The notes below the pieces were generated by a model. The model was not told the DNA's origin. It ran no database searches and saw only the letters and a list, made by a program, of their open reading frames with translations. The position numbers were made by a program, and so were the translations under genes. This document shows, one piece after another, positions 38,032 through 47,831 of a stretch of DNA of 64,000 bases (position 1 is its first letter; every line of letters begins with the position of its first letter). The DNA comes from an uncultured Bacteroidales bacterium (GTDB lineage Bacteria > Bacteroidota > Bacteroidia > Bacteroidales > WCHB1-69): assembly GCA_900317715.1 (NCBI GenBank), contig ONHS01000005.1:16694-80693 (forward strand), in the 5' to 3' direction.

Positions 38032-38910
38032 TTATGCTTGGGCGGGTTCAGCGGCGACGGGTTCGGGTTGCGGTTCGGCTTTCGGTGCCTCTTTCTTGGG
38101 CGGGAAGCCTACCGTGAGGATGGCGCCGGATGGGCATTCGTCCACGCACTTGCGGCATGCCTTGCACTTGTGGTAGTCGATGTAGGCGAGGTTGTTCTCC
38201 ACGGTGATGGCCTCGAACGGGCACACCTTGGCGCACTTGCCGCAGCCGATACAGGCGGAAGAGCAGTTCTTCTTGGCCACAGCGCCCTTCTCCTTGTTGT
38301 TGCAGGCCACATAGACGCGGCGGTGGTTCTTGCCCTTGTCGCGGATTTCAAGCACGCCGCGCGGACAAGCGTTGGCGCAAGCTTTACAACCCACGCAGAG
38401 TTCCTCTTTCACCTCCGGAAGATGCGTCTCCGGGTTGAGGTGGATGGCGTCGAACTGACAAGCCGCTACACAGTCGCCGCAACCGAGGCATCCGAACGGA
38501 CAAGCCTTCTCGCCAGCGAACAGGGTGTTGGCGAAGGCGCAGGTGAGTGCGGAGTCGTAGAACGACTTCATGGGCGCGTGCTCGCAGGTGCCGTTGCAGC
38601 GCACCACAGAGACCTGAGGTTCGTGCTCAACAGCACTCAAGTGCATGATTTCGGCAATCTTGCCGGTATCGCTACCGGGACAATAAGCCACATTGAGGTC
38701 ATTGTTCTTGACAATAGCCTCAGCCATAGCGCGACAGCCGGCAAATCCGCAGCCGCCGCAGTTGGCGTTGGGCAGACAAGCCTGCACCAAATCGATGCGA
38801 GGATCCTCCTCCACATGGAAGAACTTCGACACAAAGTATAAAATCACCGCGGCGATAAGACCCGTAAGTCCCACTGTGATAGCCGCATACAGAATGGTTG
38901 TTGTTGGCAT
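38032..38910 (-). CDS. rnfB: Rnf electron transport complex subunit B
   Basis: N-terminal TM helix, LP.ANCGGCGF.GC motif and multiple ferredoxin Cys clusters. Confidence 0.95.
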   Translation of the reverse strand: MPTTTILYAAITVGLTGLIAAVILYFVSKFFHVEEDPRIDLVQACLPNANCGGCGFAGCRAMAEAIVKNNDLNVAYCPGSDTGKIAEIMHLSAVEHEPQVSVVRCNGTCEHAPMKSFYDSALTCAFANTLFAGEKACPFGCLGCGDCVAACQFDAIHLNPETHLPEVKEELCVGCKACANACPRGVLEIRDKGKNHRRVYVACNNKEKGAVAKKNCSSACIGCGKCAKVCPFEAITVENNLAYIDYHKCKACRKCVDECPSGAILTVGFPPKKEAPKAEPQPEPVAAEPAQA

Positions 38911-38933
38911 AGGTTCGTTATTTTTTCAAACTG

Positions 38934-39028
38934 CAAAGATACGAAATTTTTTTTACGTTGCGAATACTTTTTTTGTCACCCGAATGTGCAGTTGACAAGT
39001 GTTGCAGGAAAGAAAAAATGTATCTTTG
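38934..39028. promoter_or_regulatory. Divergent -7 boxes
   Basis: Minus-strand TATCTTTG at 38934-38941 (rnfB) and plus-strand TATCTTTG at 39021-39028. Confidence 0.6.
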
Positions 39029-39051
39029 TCGCCTGGTTGTTTAACTATGAT

Positions 39052-39100
39052 GTTCCAGGTTCCAGGTTCCAAGATCCAAGTTCAAAGTTCAAAGTTCAAA
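39052..39100. repeat. Heptamer array (GTTCCAG/GTTCAAA)n
   Basis: About 7 units in the 5' UTR; reverse-complement family at 50173-50223. Confidence 0.85.
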
Positions 39101-39115
39101 TTAAAATAAACGCTT

Positions 39116-39937
39116 ATGAAATTTAACTACCCAATTTGGCGGCCATTGCTGATACTGGCCTTGGTCGCGATGTGTGGGGGCGCGTTCGCCCAAAGCACGT
39201 ATGATTACAATGCCGAGCCCAACAGGTTCTGGATCAACCTCAATGCCGGCGTCGGCGGCACCAACAGCTTCGACGAGAGCACCGTTCCTTTCGCCTACGG
39301 CGGTATCCACGACATGGAGCAGATCGGTGTCACCGACGAGTGGAAGCGTTGCCACCTGCAGTTCCTCGGAACGCGCAACAAGACCAAATACTTTGATGTA
39401 GATGGTTCCAACAGCGCCTATTCCGCGAAATTGGAATTCCTCTACAGCTGTCTGAATCCTTCCATCAAGCGTTGGCATTTCTGGTCCGGTGTCTCCACCA
39501 ACAACATCTTCGAGCTGAAACAGCTGGAGGACCTCCAGAACGCAGCCGTCACCATCTCCCTTTTCCACGAACTTAGTGCGGAGGAAAGAGTGGAGTGCGA
39601 CTTCGCCTACGACAAGGCCGATGCCACACACCCTTGGCTGACCGCCTTCTTCAACCTCTCCTTGCCGCTCTATACCGTTGGCGTCCGTCCTGGATACGCC
39701 TACGTGGTGGATCCCTTGAACAATATTTTCGATATGTTGCTCGGCGCTAACGTTCCGATGTTCAAATTCTTCCCCGGTTGCACCACCGACATCGGGTTCA
39801 ACCTGAACCTCCGTAACGGCAACCGTATCGGTCTCTCCTACACCTGGGACTACCTTACCACCGGCAAGAAAGGGGCTTATCGCTACGACAACGCCTTCCA
39901 TACCGTCAAATTATCCTTTATGTTCAAAATTCAATAA
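39116..39937 (+). CDS. Putative outer-membrane beta-barrel protein (DUF3316-like)
   Basis: Signal peptide and aromatic-rich beta strands; upstream partner of an S41 peptidase. Confidence 0.55.
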   Translation: MKFNYPIWRPLLILALVAMCGGAFAQSTYDYNAEPNRFWINLNAGVGGTNSFDESTVPFAYGGIHDMEQIGVTDEWKRCHLQFLGTRNKTKYFDVDGSNSAYSAKLEFLYSCLNPSIKRWHFWSGVSTNNIFELKQLEDLQNAAVTISLFHELSAEERVECDFAYDKADATHPWLTAFFNLSLPLYTVGVRPGYAYVVDPLNNIFDMLLGANVPMFKFFPGCTTDIGFNLNLRNGNRIGLSYTWDYLTTGKKGAYRYDNAFHTVKLSFMFKIQ

Positions 39938-39945
39938 AGAAGACT

Positions 39946-41007
39946 ATGAAAAAGAGCTATATTTTTATTCTGTCATGCCTGTTGGCAGTTGCTTTCACCT
40001 CCTGTGAAAAGGCTATCATGAAACCGGACGAAAGCGACGATCCGGTCAACGTGTTCGAGTATCTCTGGAACCGGGTTGACCAGCTGTACACCTATTTTGA
40101 CATCAAAGGAGTGGATTGGGATTCCGTCCACGCGGTCTATCGCCCGATGGTCTATGATGAGATGTCCGATGACAGTCTCTTCACGGTCTGCGCCGCCATG
40201 CTCAACACGCTGCGCGACGGCCATACCAATCTCATCAGTGATTTCGACATCATGCGCAGCGACACCATTTCGTATTGGATGAGCGAGTATAACTGCTTTG
40301 ATGACAATGTGGTCCTACAGCACTATCTGACCTTGATCTATCACCAAACGGGTTCCATCAAGCACAATGCCATCCGCAACGGCAAGGTGGCCTATCTCCG
40401 CTATTCTTCCTTCTCGTCAGAAATCTCGGATGATGACTTGAAGTATATTGTGAATCGTTATAAAGACTGCGACGGTATCATCCTTGACCTCCGGCAGAAT
40501 GGTGGCGGCAGTGTTATGAATATGTACACTTTGATCAGCATGTTCGACTGCCACAAACAGCCGCTCTTCTCGTCACAGCACAAGGCAGGCACCGCCCACA
40601 ACGACTTCACGGCGCCGGAAATCTGTTACGCCGCTTCATCCAGCTGTCTGGATGAGCCTTACACCAAGCCGGTGGCGGTGCTCATCGACCGTGGTTCCTA
40701 CAGTGCCACCTCCCACTTCGCCATCTGCACGCAGGCTTTCGACAACGTGAAGACCTTCGGGGACTTCACCGGTGGCGGTCTGGGTCTGCCCAACGGCGGC
40801 ATGCTCCCCAACGGTTGGGTCTACCGTTTCAGCTGCACCCGCTCCATCGCCTTGGATGGCGGCAACTACGAGAACGGCGTTCCGCCAGATGTGCGCGTCC
40901 TCCTCGATCCCGCGGCCGTGTCCCAGGGCAAAGACAACATCATCGAAACGGCCGCCGACTGGATCCAATCCGGCGGCGGCATCACACCCCCAATTGCAAA
41001 ACGGTAA
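39946..41007 (+). CDS. S41 family peptidase lipoprotein
   Basis: Lipobox TSC; L.DGH, LDLRQNGGG, SYSA, G..TGG and E.GV.PD motifs. Confidence 0.9.
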   Translation: MKKSYIFILSCLLAVAFTSCEKAIMKPDESDDPVNVFEYLWNRVDQLYTYFDIKGVDWDSVHAVYRPMVYDEMSDDSLFTVCAAMLNTLRDGHTNLISDFDIMRSDTISYWMSEYNCFDDNVVLQHYLTLIYHQTGSIKHNAIRNGKVAYLRYSSFSSEISDDDLKYIVNRYKDCDGIILDLRQNGGGSVMNMYTLISMFDCHKQPLFSSQHKAGTAHNDFTAPEICYAASSSCLDEPYTKPVAVLIDRGSYSATSHFAICTQAFDNVKTFGDFTGGGLGLPNGGMLPNGWVYRFSCTRSIALDGGNYENGVPPDVRVLLDPAAVSQGKDNIIETAADWIQSGGGITPPIAKR

Positions 41008-41014
41008 TCACGAC

Positions 41015-41051
41015 AAAAAAACGGAATTTCTCACGAAATTCCGTTTTTTTT
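41015..41051. terminator. Bidirectional terminator
   Basis: AAAAAAACGGAATTTC-TCAC-GAAATTCCGTTTTTTT. Confidence 0.8.
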
Positions 41052-41143
41052 CATCGCCATTCATCGCATCATTCATCGTTTTTCATCGTATCATTCATCG
41101 CATCATCGCATCATCGTTCCGTCATCCGTCATCCATCATCCGT
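41051..41143. repeat. Degenerate (TCATCG/CATCATT) low-complexity array
   Basis: Many TCATCG-containing units; related array at 43672-43738. Confidence 0.7.
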
Positions 41144-41204
41144 CCCAGGGCTCGCTATCGCTCACCCTAGGCTGACATAGGTCGGGCTTTCAGCCCTTTT
41201 TGGA
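41144..41204. repeat. 60-bp two-hairpin REP-like element, copy 3
   Basis: CCCAGGGCTCGCTATCGCTCACCCTAGGCTGACATAGGTCGGGCTTTCAGCCCTTTTTGGA. Confidence 0.85.
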
Positions 41205-41210
41205 AGGTCC

Positions 41211-41244
41211 CAACTGCTAACTGCTAACTACTAACTGCTAACTA
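41211..41244. repeat. Heptamer array (TTAGCAG)n on the minus strand, starting at the TonB receptor stop
   Basis: Same units as the array at 51626-51659. Confidence 0.85.
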
Positions 41245-43641
41245 GAACTTTACCGTCCACATCACCGACGGGATAATCGGGAACAGGCTCATTTGGTAGG
41301 CGTGGTTTTGCATGGAGAAGTCCGTGATCTCGCCATCGCCGGTTTCGATGCTGGTCTCGAAGAAGACGAGGAACGGGTTTTGACGGTTATAGACGTTGTA
41401 AATGGAGAAGTTCAAGCCTGTTTCGAATTTGGAGGTCTTCTTGATGGTCCAATCCACGGAAATGTCGAGGCGGTGGTAGGGGTTCACGCGATACTCGTTG
41501 CGACCGCTGTACTCGGTGACCACGGAGCCCATGTAGATATAGTAACCCAGCGGGACGGTCATGGTGTTACCCGACTGGAAGACCCACAATGCGGAGGCTT
41601 TCAGCTTGTTAGGGATAATCTCGTAGCAGAGGCTGATGGAGACATCGTGGCGGCGGTCGTATTTCGCCCAGTAAGGTTTTCCGCCATTCAGGTCGTCAAA
41701 CTGCCGCCGCGTGAAGCCAAGCGTATAGCCGATAAAACCGGTGAACCGCCCGCGCGACTTCTTGATGTAGAACTCCGCACCCGCCGACCATCCTTTCCCA
41801 AACACGTACAATTGGTCAGGATTGATGGTTAAGATACTGAAATCCAGGCCATCTTTGTACTCAGCCAGGTTATACATCTGTTTATAATAAAGATCGACGT
41901 ATGTCTCGAACATGTTTTGGTGGAAATTCTTGAACACACCTAACGTGTATTGAAACACAGTCTGCGGTTTCAACAAATCGGTGGAAGGCATCCACACATC
42001 CGTGGGAAGCGACACGCTCGCGACAGAAATCCGGTGCATATATTGGTAATTCAATGTCGCAGAGGCTTTGATGGAGGTCGTGGAGTCAATCATCCAACGC
42101 AATGAGAAGCGCGGTTCCACACGGTTGTATTGCACCACCGATTCGCCCGGCTTGTACATGATGGAATCCACCACATGCCCTAATTCATCGAGCACATAAC
42201 GCGTGAACGGGCCTAACTGATGGTAATTGCTGTAGCGAAGTCCCATATTCAGCTTCCACCTCGGGTTGATATCATATTCATCATGCACGTAAATGCTCAA
42301 TTCATTACCATACAGATGCTGTACTTCAGGGATTCCCAGAGGCGAATCCGCACCTGTTTCCACCTTGTATTGCCCCGGATTGCAATCGTGGAACACATCA
42401 TGCACCCCGAATCGAAGGTTGTGCTTCGGGGTCGGGATCCACGTCAGTTCACTCTTCAGACTGTAGTCACGCACGCCCGACGAGAGCTTGAAGGAATAGG
42501 GATCCATCAACATTTCAGTACTGAAATCATAGTCGCTGAAAGTAGCGGAAGTATTGAGGAACAGACGGTTACCGATGATAAAGTTCCATCGGGCTGAAGC
42601 CGCCGCATTCCCCCACTTGAACGCCATCTTGGTCTGCTGGGTCAGCGATTTGAAACCATAGACATCGTGTCCGTAATAGGCGCCAAAATAGAGTCGGTGT
42701 CGTGAGTTGATGATGATATTGAACTTGGCATTGAAGTCGTAGAAGTAGAAATCCGTGCCTTTCATCGGGTTGTCCTTCTTGAGAAACGGCTGGATGATCC
42801 AATCGGCGTAGGTGCGTCGGGCAGAAATCAGAAACGACGCGCGTTCTTTCTTGATGGGGCCCTGCACGGTGAGATGTGAGAAAATCAACCCTAAGCCGCC
42901 ATCCACCTCAAATTTCTTCAGATTACCATCTTTTTGATAGACGTTCAGGATGGAAGCCGCACGACCACCGTAGTAAGCCGGCATTCCCGCCTTGATGAGT
43001 TCAATGCTCTTGACTGCGTCAGGATTGAAGATGGAGAAGAATCCGAAAAGGTGATCTGCATTGTAGATGGTGGCTTCGTCGAGAAGGACAAGATTCTGGT
43101 CGGTACCGCTACCGCGCACATAGAAGCCCGAATTTCCTTCGCCGCCCGACTGTACGCCCGGGAGCAGCTGTATGGATTTGATGACATCGGCCTCCCCCAT
43201 CAGCGCAGGCAACGACTTGATGGTCTGGATGCTCAGTTCCATACGTCCCACATCGCCGCTCGTGACATTCACATTGCCACGCTCGCCCTGAATCACCACC
43301 TCCTCCCCGGCAATCGCCGCCGGTTCCAGCTCAAAATGCCGCGACTGGCTCTTCGTCAAGGTGATGGTATCCTGTAACGTTTTGTATCCCATAAAGTTAA
43401 TGGCGACTTTATACGTTCCAGGCATCACCGAGACCGAATAATATCCTGCCTGGTTGGTGACGCACCCCTGCACATTCGACGGGGTCTTGAGGTCCGTCAG
43501 GATGACGTAAACGCCCATCATGGTCTCGCCGTTGCTGGCATCGTGCACGACACCCGAGAGCGCCACACGCGAATGCTGCGCGTGCGCTACACCGGCGAAC
43601 AACATCACCATGCATAATATTATTTTCAATTCATAATTCAT
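41242..43641 (-). CDS. TonB-dependent receptor
   Basis: CarboxypepD-like N-domain, plug LPGV...YVRG...DQN, YHRLD and NVYNR.N motifs, C-terminal Phe; start uncertain because it overlaps a heptamer array. Confidence 0.9.
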   Translation of the reverse strand: MNYELKIILCMVMLFAGVAHAQHSRVALSGVVHDASNGETMMGVYVILTDLKTPSNVQGCVTNQAGYYSVSVMPGTYKVAINFMGYKTLQDTITLTKSQSRHFELEPAAIAGEEVVIQGERGNVNVTSGDVGRMELSIQTIKSLPALMGEADVIKSIQLLPGVQSGGEGNSGFYVRGSGTDQNLVLLDEATIYNADHLFGFFSIFNPDAVKSIELIKAGMPAYYGGRAASILNVYQKDGNLKKFEVDGGLGLIFSHLTVQGPIKKERASFLISARRTYADWIIQPFLKKDNPMKGTDFYFYDFNAKFNIIINSRHRLYFGAYYGHDVYGFKSLTQQTKMAFKWGNAAASARWNFIIGNRLFLNTSATFSDYDFSTEMLMDPYSFKLSSGVRDYSLKSELTWIPTPKHNLRFGVHDVFHDCNPGQYKVETGADSPLGIPEVQHLYGNELSIYVHDEYDINPRWKLNMGLRYSNYHQLGPFTRYVLDELGHVVDSIMYKPGESVVQYNRVEPRFSLRWMIDSTTSIKASATLNYQYMHRISVASVSLPTDVWMPSTDLLKPQTVFQYTLGVFKNFHQNMFETYVDLYYKQMYNLAEYKDGLDFSILTINPDQLYVFGKGWSAGAEFYIKKSRGRFTGFIGYTLGFTRRQFDDLNGGKPYWAKYDRRHDVSISLCYEIIPNKLKASALWVFQSGNTMTVPLGYYIYMGSVVTEYSGRNEYRVNPYHRLDISVDWTIKKTSKFETGLNFSIYNVYNRQNPFLVFFETSIETGDGEITDFSMQNHAYQMSLFPIIPSVMWTVKF

Positions 43642-43738
43642 AATGCATAATTCACAATCGTATCCAACGTGCATCATTAATCATACGTCACACATCATTC
43701 ATCGTCATTCATCGCCCTTTCATCGCATCATCACATCC
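43627..43738. repeat. (AATTCAT)n heptamer array followed by a TCATCG-type array
   Basis: aattcat aattcat aatgcat aattcac, then catcattcatcgtcattcatcg. Confidence 0.75.
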
Positions 43739-43740
43739 TC

Positions 43741-44652
43741 TTATTCTCTCATCCTCCCCCTCTTCATCGTCATCTGGCTGAACGTCACGCCCACCACGAT
43801 CACCAAAATCCCCCAAAACTTGATGGAGGTGAAGGCTTCTTGGCCGATGGCGGCGGCGGCGAGGAGGGTAACGATTGGGATCAGGTTCGTAAAAACGCAG
43901 GTCTTGCTGACGGTCAGTTGTTTAACGGAGTAGGAATAGAGCATATACGCGCCGGCAGAGCAAAGCAGTGCCAGGCATATCAGGCTGGAAATCGATGAGA
44001 AATTCCAGTTTAGCGAGGGCCACTGGTGGATATCAAATATCAGAATGAAAGGCAGATAGAACGGAATGGCGATAAAGTTCTGCATGGTAGTGACCGTTGC
44101 GGGGGTATATTTCTTCAGCAAGCGGGTGAGCTGCACGCTGTATCCGCTGGCCGCCAGCACCGCCAAACTGAGCAGCAGGGTTCCCTTGAGGTTAAACGTC
44201 ATCTGTCCGTTCGGACTCACCGTCAGCATCAACACGCCGCCCGTGGAGACGAGCGCACCCACCACAAACTCCCATCTAATCGGCTCTTTATCAGTAAAAT
44301 ACATCGTAATGGAGATGACGATGGGGATGAGCGCGATGATGACCGCCGCAAAACTGGCATCCACATACTTCAGTCCGAAATCCTCTCCGATAAAGTAGAG
44401 AAACGGCTCATAGAAGGCCAAAAGCAGAAAATCTTTGTAATCGGAACGCTCAATGTGCTGCAGTTTCTTCTGTAATTTGAGCAAAGTCACGAAGACAGCA
44501 GAGGCCAACACCAAACGGATAAAAACGATGGTGAATACTGGGAAATTGTTGATTAACAGTTGCTTGATCCACACAAAGCTAAAGCCCCAAAAGAGCATCG
44601 CAAACAAGATGGCCACATAACCTAGTAGCTGATTTGATTGATTGTTTTTCAT
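43741..44652 (-). CDS. DMT/EamA family transporter
   Basis: Two EamA repeats (FWG.SF...K, R..LA, P...L......E); about 10 TM segments. Confidence 0.9.
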   Translation of the reverse strand: MKNNQSNQLLGYVAILFAMLFWGFSFVWIKQLLINNFPVFTIVFIRLVLASAVFVTLLKLQKKLQHIERSDYKDFLLLAFYEPFLYFIGEDFGLKYVDASFAAVIIALIPIVISITMYFTDKEPIRWEFVVGALVSTGGVLMLTVSPNGQMTFNLKGTLLLSLAVLAASGYSVQLTRLLKKYTPATVTTMQNFIAIPFYLPFILIFDIHQWPSLNWNFSSISSLICLALLCSAGAYMLYSYSVKQLTVSKTCVFTNLIPIVTLLAAAAIGQEAFTSIKFWGILVIVVGVTFSQMTMKRGRMRE

Positions 44653-44731
44653 GGCCGCAAAAAAACGAAAAATTTTTCAATCATGCAATATAAATCAGAA
44701 AATATCGTTAGAGAAACTCAAATAGAAATAT

Positions 44732-45676
44732 ATGAAGAATTACATCTACTTAATAATTAGTATATTAGCAATTATCTTCGGGATTAATTCCTGCAAACCC
44801 ACGGATTTAACCCCTGCTTACATTCATGTCACCCTGGAGGATTTCGAGAATTGCATCGATGTTAGCAAATTTAACGAGATGCACGATGCCAACTATGATC
44901 AGGAGCATTTGGATGCACTCACCCACCACAAATTCACGCACGCCAACATTTATGTGAACAACAAGAACCTTGGCTGCTGGGAGTTACCCTGCAAAGTGCC
45001 CGTGTTGGATGTCGATGGCGAAGACTCTTGCACGTTGATCATGCTCCCCGCCTTCCCGATGACGGGTATGACCAACACCATTCAAGGCTACCCCTTCCTC
45101 AACATCACGCGCCAACGGGTTCTTCTCAAGAAGGACAAGGTCTATGAAGTGTCGCAAAACCGTCCTAAGTATATTTATAGCGAATACGCCCACGTGGCCT
45201 ATTTTGAGACGTTTTCCAACAGCTCGTCATTTTCGCCGACTTCCACCTCCCCCGGCCAGACAGGATTGACCTTTGTGCCTACCACCTACGAAGGCAAAAA
45301 TGTAGGTGAAATCGTCCTCAATGATTCTAACGGTCTCTATTTCGACGTCAAGACCACGCTTACCGAACCTGTTCCTGTGGGCAGTTACAGAGTCATGCTC
45401 GAGGTGCGTTACAAAACGGAAGGCGACATCGATGTGAACATGCGCATGTCCACCGCCTATAACCCGTACAATGACTATGCCATCGGCGGTTTCTACGCCT
45501 CCCCTGACGAATGGAAAACCATCCACTTCGACCTGACGAACACCATCAATGCCTACCATAGCGCATCGGGTAATAGCACGTACATCACGTTACTGTTCTC
45601 CGGAGGCGGCGAAAAGGGCAAAGAGACCCGGTTTGAAATTGATGACGTGAAAGTTTTATGGATTCGCACCAACTAA
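44732..45676 (+). CDS. Hypothetical lipoprotein
   Basis: Lipobox INSC; beta-rich, possible carbohydrate-binding-like C-terminal domain (WKTIHFDL...IDDVK). Confidence 0.65.
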   Translation: MKNYIYLIISILAIIFGINSCKPTDLTPAYIHVTLEDFENCIDVSKFNEMHDANYDQEHLDALTHHKFTHANIYVNNKNLGCWELPCKVPVLDVDGEDSCTLIMLPAFPMTGMTNTIQGYPFLNITRQRVLLKKDKVYEVSQNRPKYIYSEYAHVAYFETFSNSSSFSPTSTSPGQTGLTFVPTTYEGKNVGEIVLNDSNGLYFDVKTTLTEPVPVGSYRVMLEVRYKTEGDIDVNMRMSTAYNPYNDYAIGGFYASPDEWKTIHFDLTNTINAYHSASGNSTYITLLFSGGGEKGKETRFEIDDVKVLWIRTN

Positions 45677-45678
45677 TC

Positions 45679-47100
45679 ATGAATAAAACCAAATTAACCT
45701 GTGTATATCTGATTTTCGACATTTTAGCCGCACTCATCACTTGGGTGGGGCTCTATATTTACCGTAAGCATGTGGGCGAATCAGCTGACATGCAGACCAT
45801 CTTCGCTTCCATGCGGGTGGACACCACCTTCTTGCTCGGACTTGCGCTGTACCCTGTTTATTGGTTGTTTTTCCATGCTTTTTTCGGTTATTACAACAAA
45901 ATTTACCGCAAATCGAGATTGGACGAGTTGGTGACCACCATCGGGGTGACGCTCTTCGGCTGTCTCATCTTCTTCTTCGCATTCATTCTCGACGACATCG
46001 TCACCTCCCCGCACGACTATGTCAAATATCTGCTTTTCCTCTTCTTCTCGCAATTTCTGCTGACCTACATCCCTCGTCTGTGCATCACATCGCATATCAA
46101 CAACCGCATTCACAGCGGTGCCATCGGCTTCAACACCATCATCGTAGGTCACGATGAAATGGCGTTGAAAGCCTACGAAACGGTACTCAAGCAAAGTCCC
46201 CGGTCCGGACACTTTTTCGTCGGGTATATCCGCGTGGATGAGCAGCATCCCGATTGTATGGAAGGGAAGCTTCCGTGCGTGGGAAACATCGCAGACCTCA
46301 ACCAAGTCATTGACGATCTGCACGTTGAAGAAGTTGTGGTGGCTTTGCATAACGGTCAGCGGAAATACATCCAGCAGGTGCTGGCATTGGCGCGCCGCAA
46401 CCACAACCTGACCGTCAGCATGGTTCCGCAGGAGCATGACGTGCTGATGGGCAGCGTGAAGACCTCTTCGGTACTGGACGAACCGCTGATTTCCGTCACA
46501 CCCGAGTATCTGCCCACGTGGCAACGCTACGTGAAACGCGTGTGCGACATCGTGTTTTCGCTGCTGGCCATCATCCTTTTGACGCCATTGTACATTTGTC
46601 TCGCCATCGGGGTGAAGCGCTCGTCGCCCGGCCCGATTTTCTACAAGCAAGAACGAATCGGTTATTTAGGGAAACCTTTCAATATCATCAAATTCCGTTC
46701 CATGTGTGAGAACGCGGAAACCGACCGTCCCATGCTTTCCTCCGACGACGACCCGCGCATCACACCATTCGGGAAATTCATGCGCCAATATCGTTTGGAC
46801 GAGACTCCTCAGTTTTTCAATGTACTCAAAGGCGAGATGTCGCTGGTGGGGCCACGTCCCGAAAGGCAATATTATATTGACCAGATCGTGGAACGCGCCC
46901 CCTACTATCAGCTGCTGCTCGGCATCAAACCCGGTATCACCTCCTGGGGACAAGTGCGATTCGGATATGCAGAAAACGTGGACGAGATGGTGGAACGCCT
47001 TCGCTGGGACATCCTCTACATCGAAAACATGTCTATCCAAATGGACATCAAGATATTGATTTACACGGTGTTGATAATTCTGAAACGCGAAGGAAAGTAG
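45679..47100 (+). CDS. Polyprenyl-phosphate glycosylphosphotransferase (WcaJ-like sugar transferase)
   Basis: KR..D, KFRSM, D.RIT..G...R..RLDE.PQ, G.MSLVGPRPE and KPGIT.W.Q motifs. Confidence 0.93.
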   Translation: MNKTKLTCVYLIFDILAALITWVGLYIYRKHVGESADMQTIFASMRVDTTFLLGLALYPVYWLFFHAFFGYYNKIYRKSRLDELVTTIGVTLFGCLIFFFAFILDDIVTSPHDYVKYLLFLFFSQFLLTYIPRLCITSHINNRIHSGAIGFNTIIVGHDEMALKAYETVLKQSPRSGHFFVGYIRVDEQHPDCMEGKLPCVGNIADLNQVIDDLHVEEVVVALHNGQRKYIQQVLALARRNHNLTVSMVPQEHDVLMGSVKTSSVLDEPLISVTPEYLPTWQRYVKRVCDIVFSLLAIILLTPLYICLAIGVKRSSPGPIFYKQERIGYLGKPFNIIKFRSMCENAETDRPMLSSDDDPRITPFGKFMRQYRLDETPQFFNVLKGEMSLVGPRPERQYYIDQIVERAPYYQLLLGIKPGITSWGQVRFGYAENVDEMVERLRWDILYIENMSIQMDIKILIYTVLIILKREGK

Positions 47101-47156
47101 CGAAAACAAAAAAAGTATATTTTTGCGCACCAAAACGGAAAACTTTATAACTACCT

Positions 47157-47831
47157 ATGATGGAATATAATACTAAACGTAACAAGTTAATTATCAGAGA
47201 GTACGGAAGAAATATCCAGAAATTGGTGGAGGATTGTGTGAAGATTGAAGACAGAGATGAACGCACCCGTACCGCCTACGCTATCGTACGCATCATGAGC
47301 GATGTGGTCAATTCGAAGGAGAACAGCCATGAAGTCAACCGCAATAACGATGATTTTTGGAACAAGTTGTGGGACCATCTTTACATCATGTCTGATTATC
47401 AACTAGATGTGGATTCCCCGTATCCGAAACCACAACCTGATACCCGTGAGAAAGTGTTTGTGAAACCCGCATACAACAACAAGGTTCGCGTCAAATTCCG
47501 CACCTACGGCACCAACATGCAGAATCTGATCCGAAAGGTGTCCGAATATCCTGAAGAAGTCCGGAAATCTTTTGCTCCTTCATTAGCTAACCATCTGAAA
47601 ATGATGTATTTGACATACAACCGTAACTCGGTCAACGATATGCTCATCAGCCATCAGTTGGAAGAATTGTCGGATGGGAAAATCACGCTTCCTGAGGACT
47701 TCAACTACATCAATACCAAAGAGTTGCTGAATATCGCCAATGCCAATCAAGCGTTCTATGTAGCTCCACAAGCAGGCGGCAAGAAGAAGAAAAAGAAGAA
47801 AAAAAAGAAAAACAGTAATCCTACAGTATGA
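47157..47831 (+). CDS. DUF4290 family protein
   Basis: MEYNT.R..LII.EYGRNIQ and KLWDHL.IMSD..LD.DSPY motifs; Lys-rich tail. Confidence 0.9.
   Translation: MMEYNTKRNKLIIREYGRNIQKLVEDCVKIEDRDERTRTAYAIVRIMSDVVNSKENSHEVNRNNDDFWNKLWDHLYIMSDYQLDVDSPYPKPQPDTREKVFVKPAYNNKVRVKFRTYGTNMQNLIRKVSEYPEEVRKSFAPSLANHLKMMYLTYNRNSVNDMLISHQLEELSDGKITLPEDFNYINTKELLNIANANQAFYVAPQAGGKKKKKKKKKKNSNPTV

Noticed and set aside
25105-43641. DUF4249 lipoprotein and TonB receptor, normally adjacent partners, lie 15 kb apart
   Set aside because: The sequence alone cannot show that they are cognate, and both families have multiple paralogs.
47781-47812. A-rich AAG run as a possible phase-variable tract
   Set aside because: It encodes the Lys-rich tail typical of DUF4290 proteins and the frame is intact.
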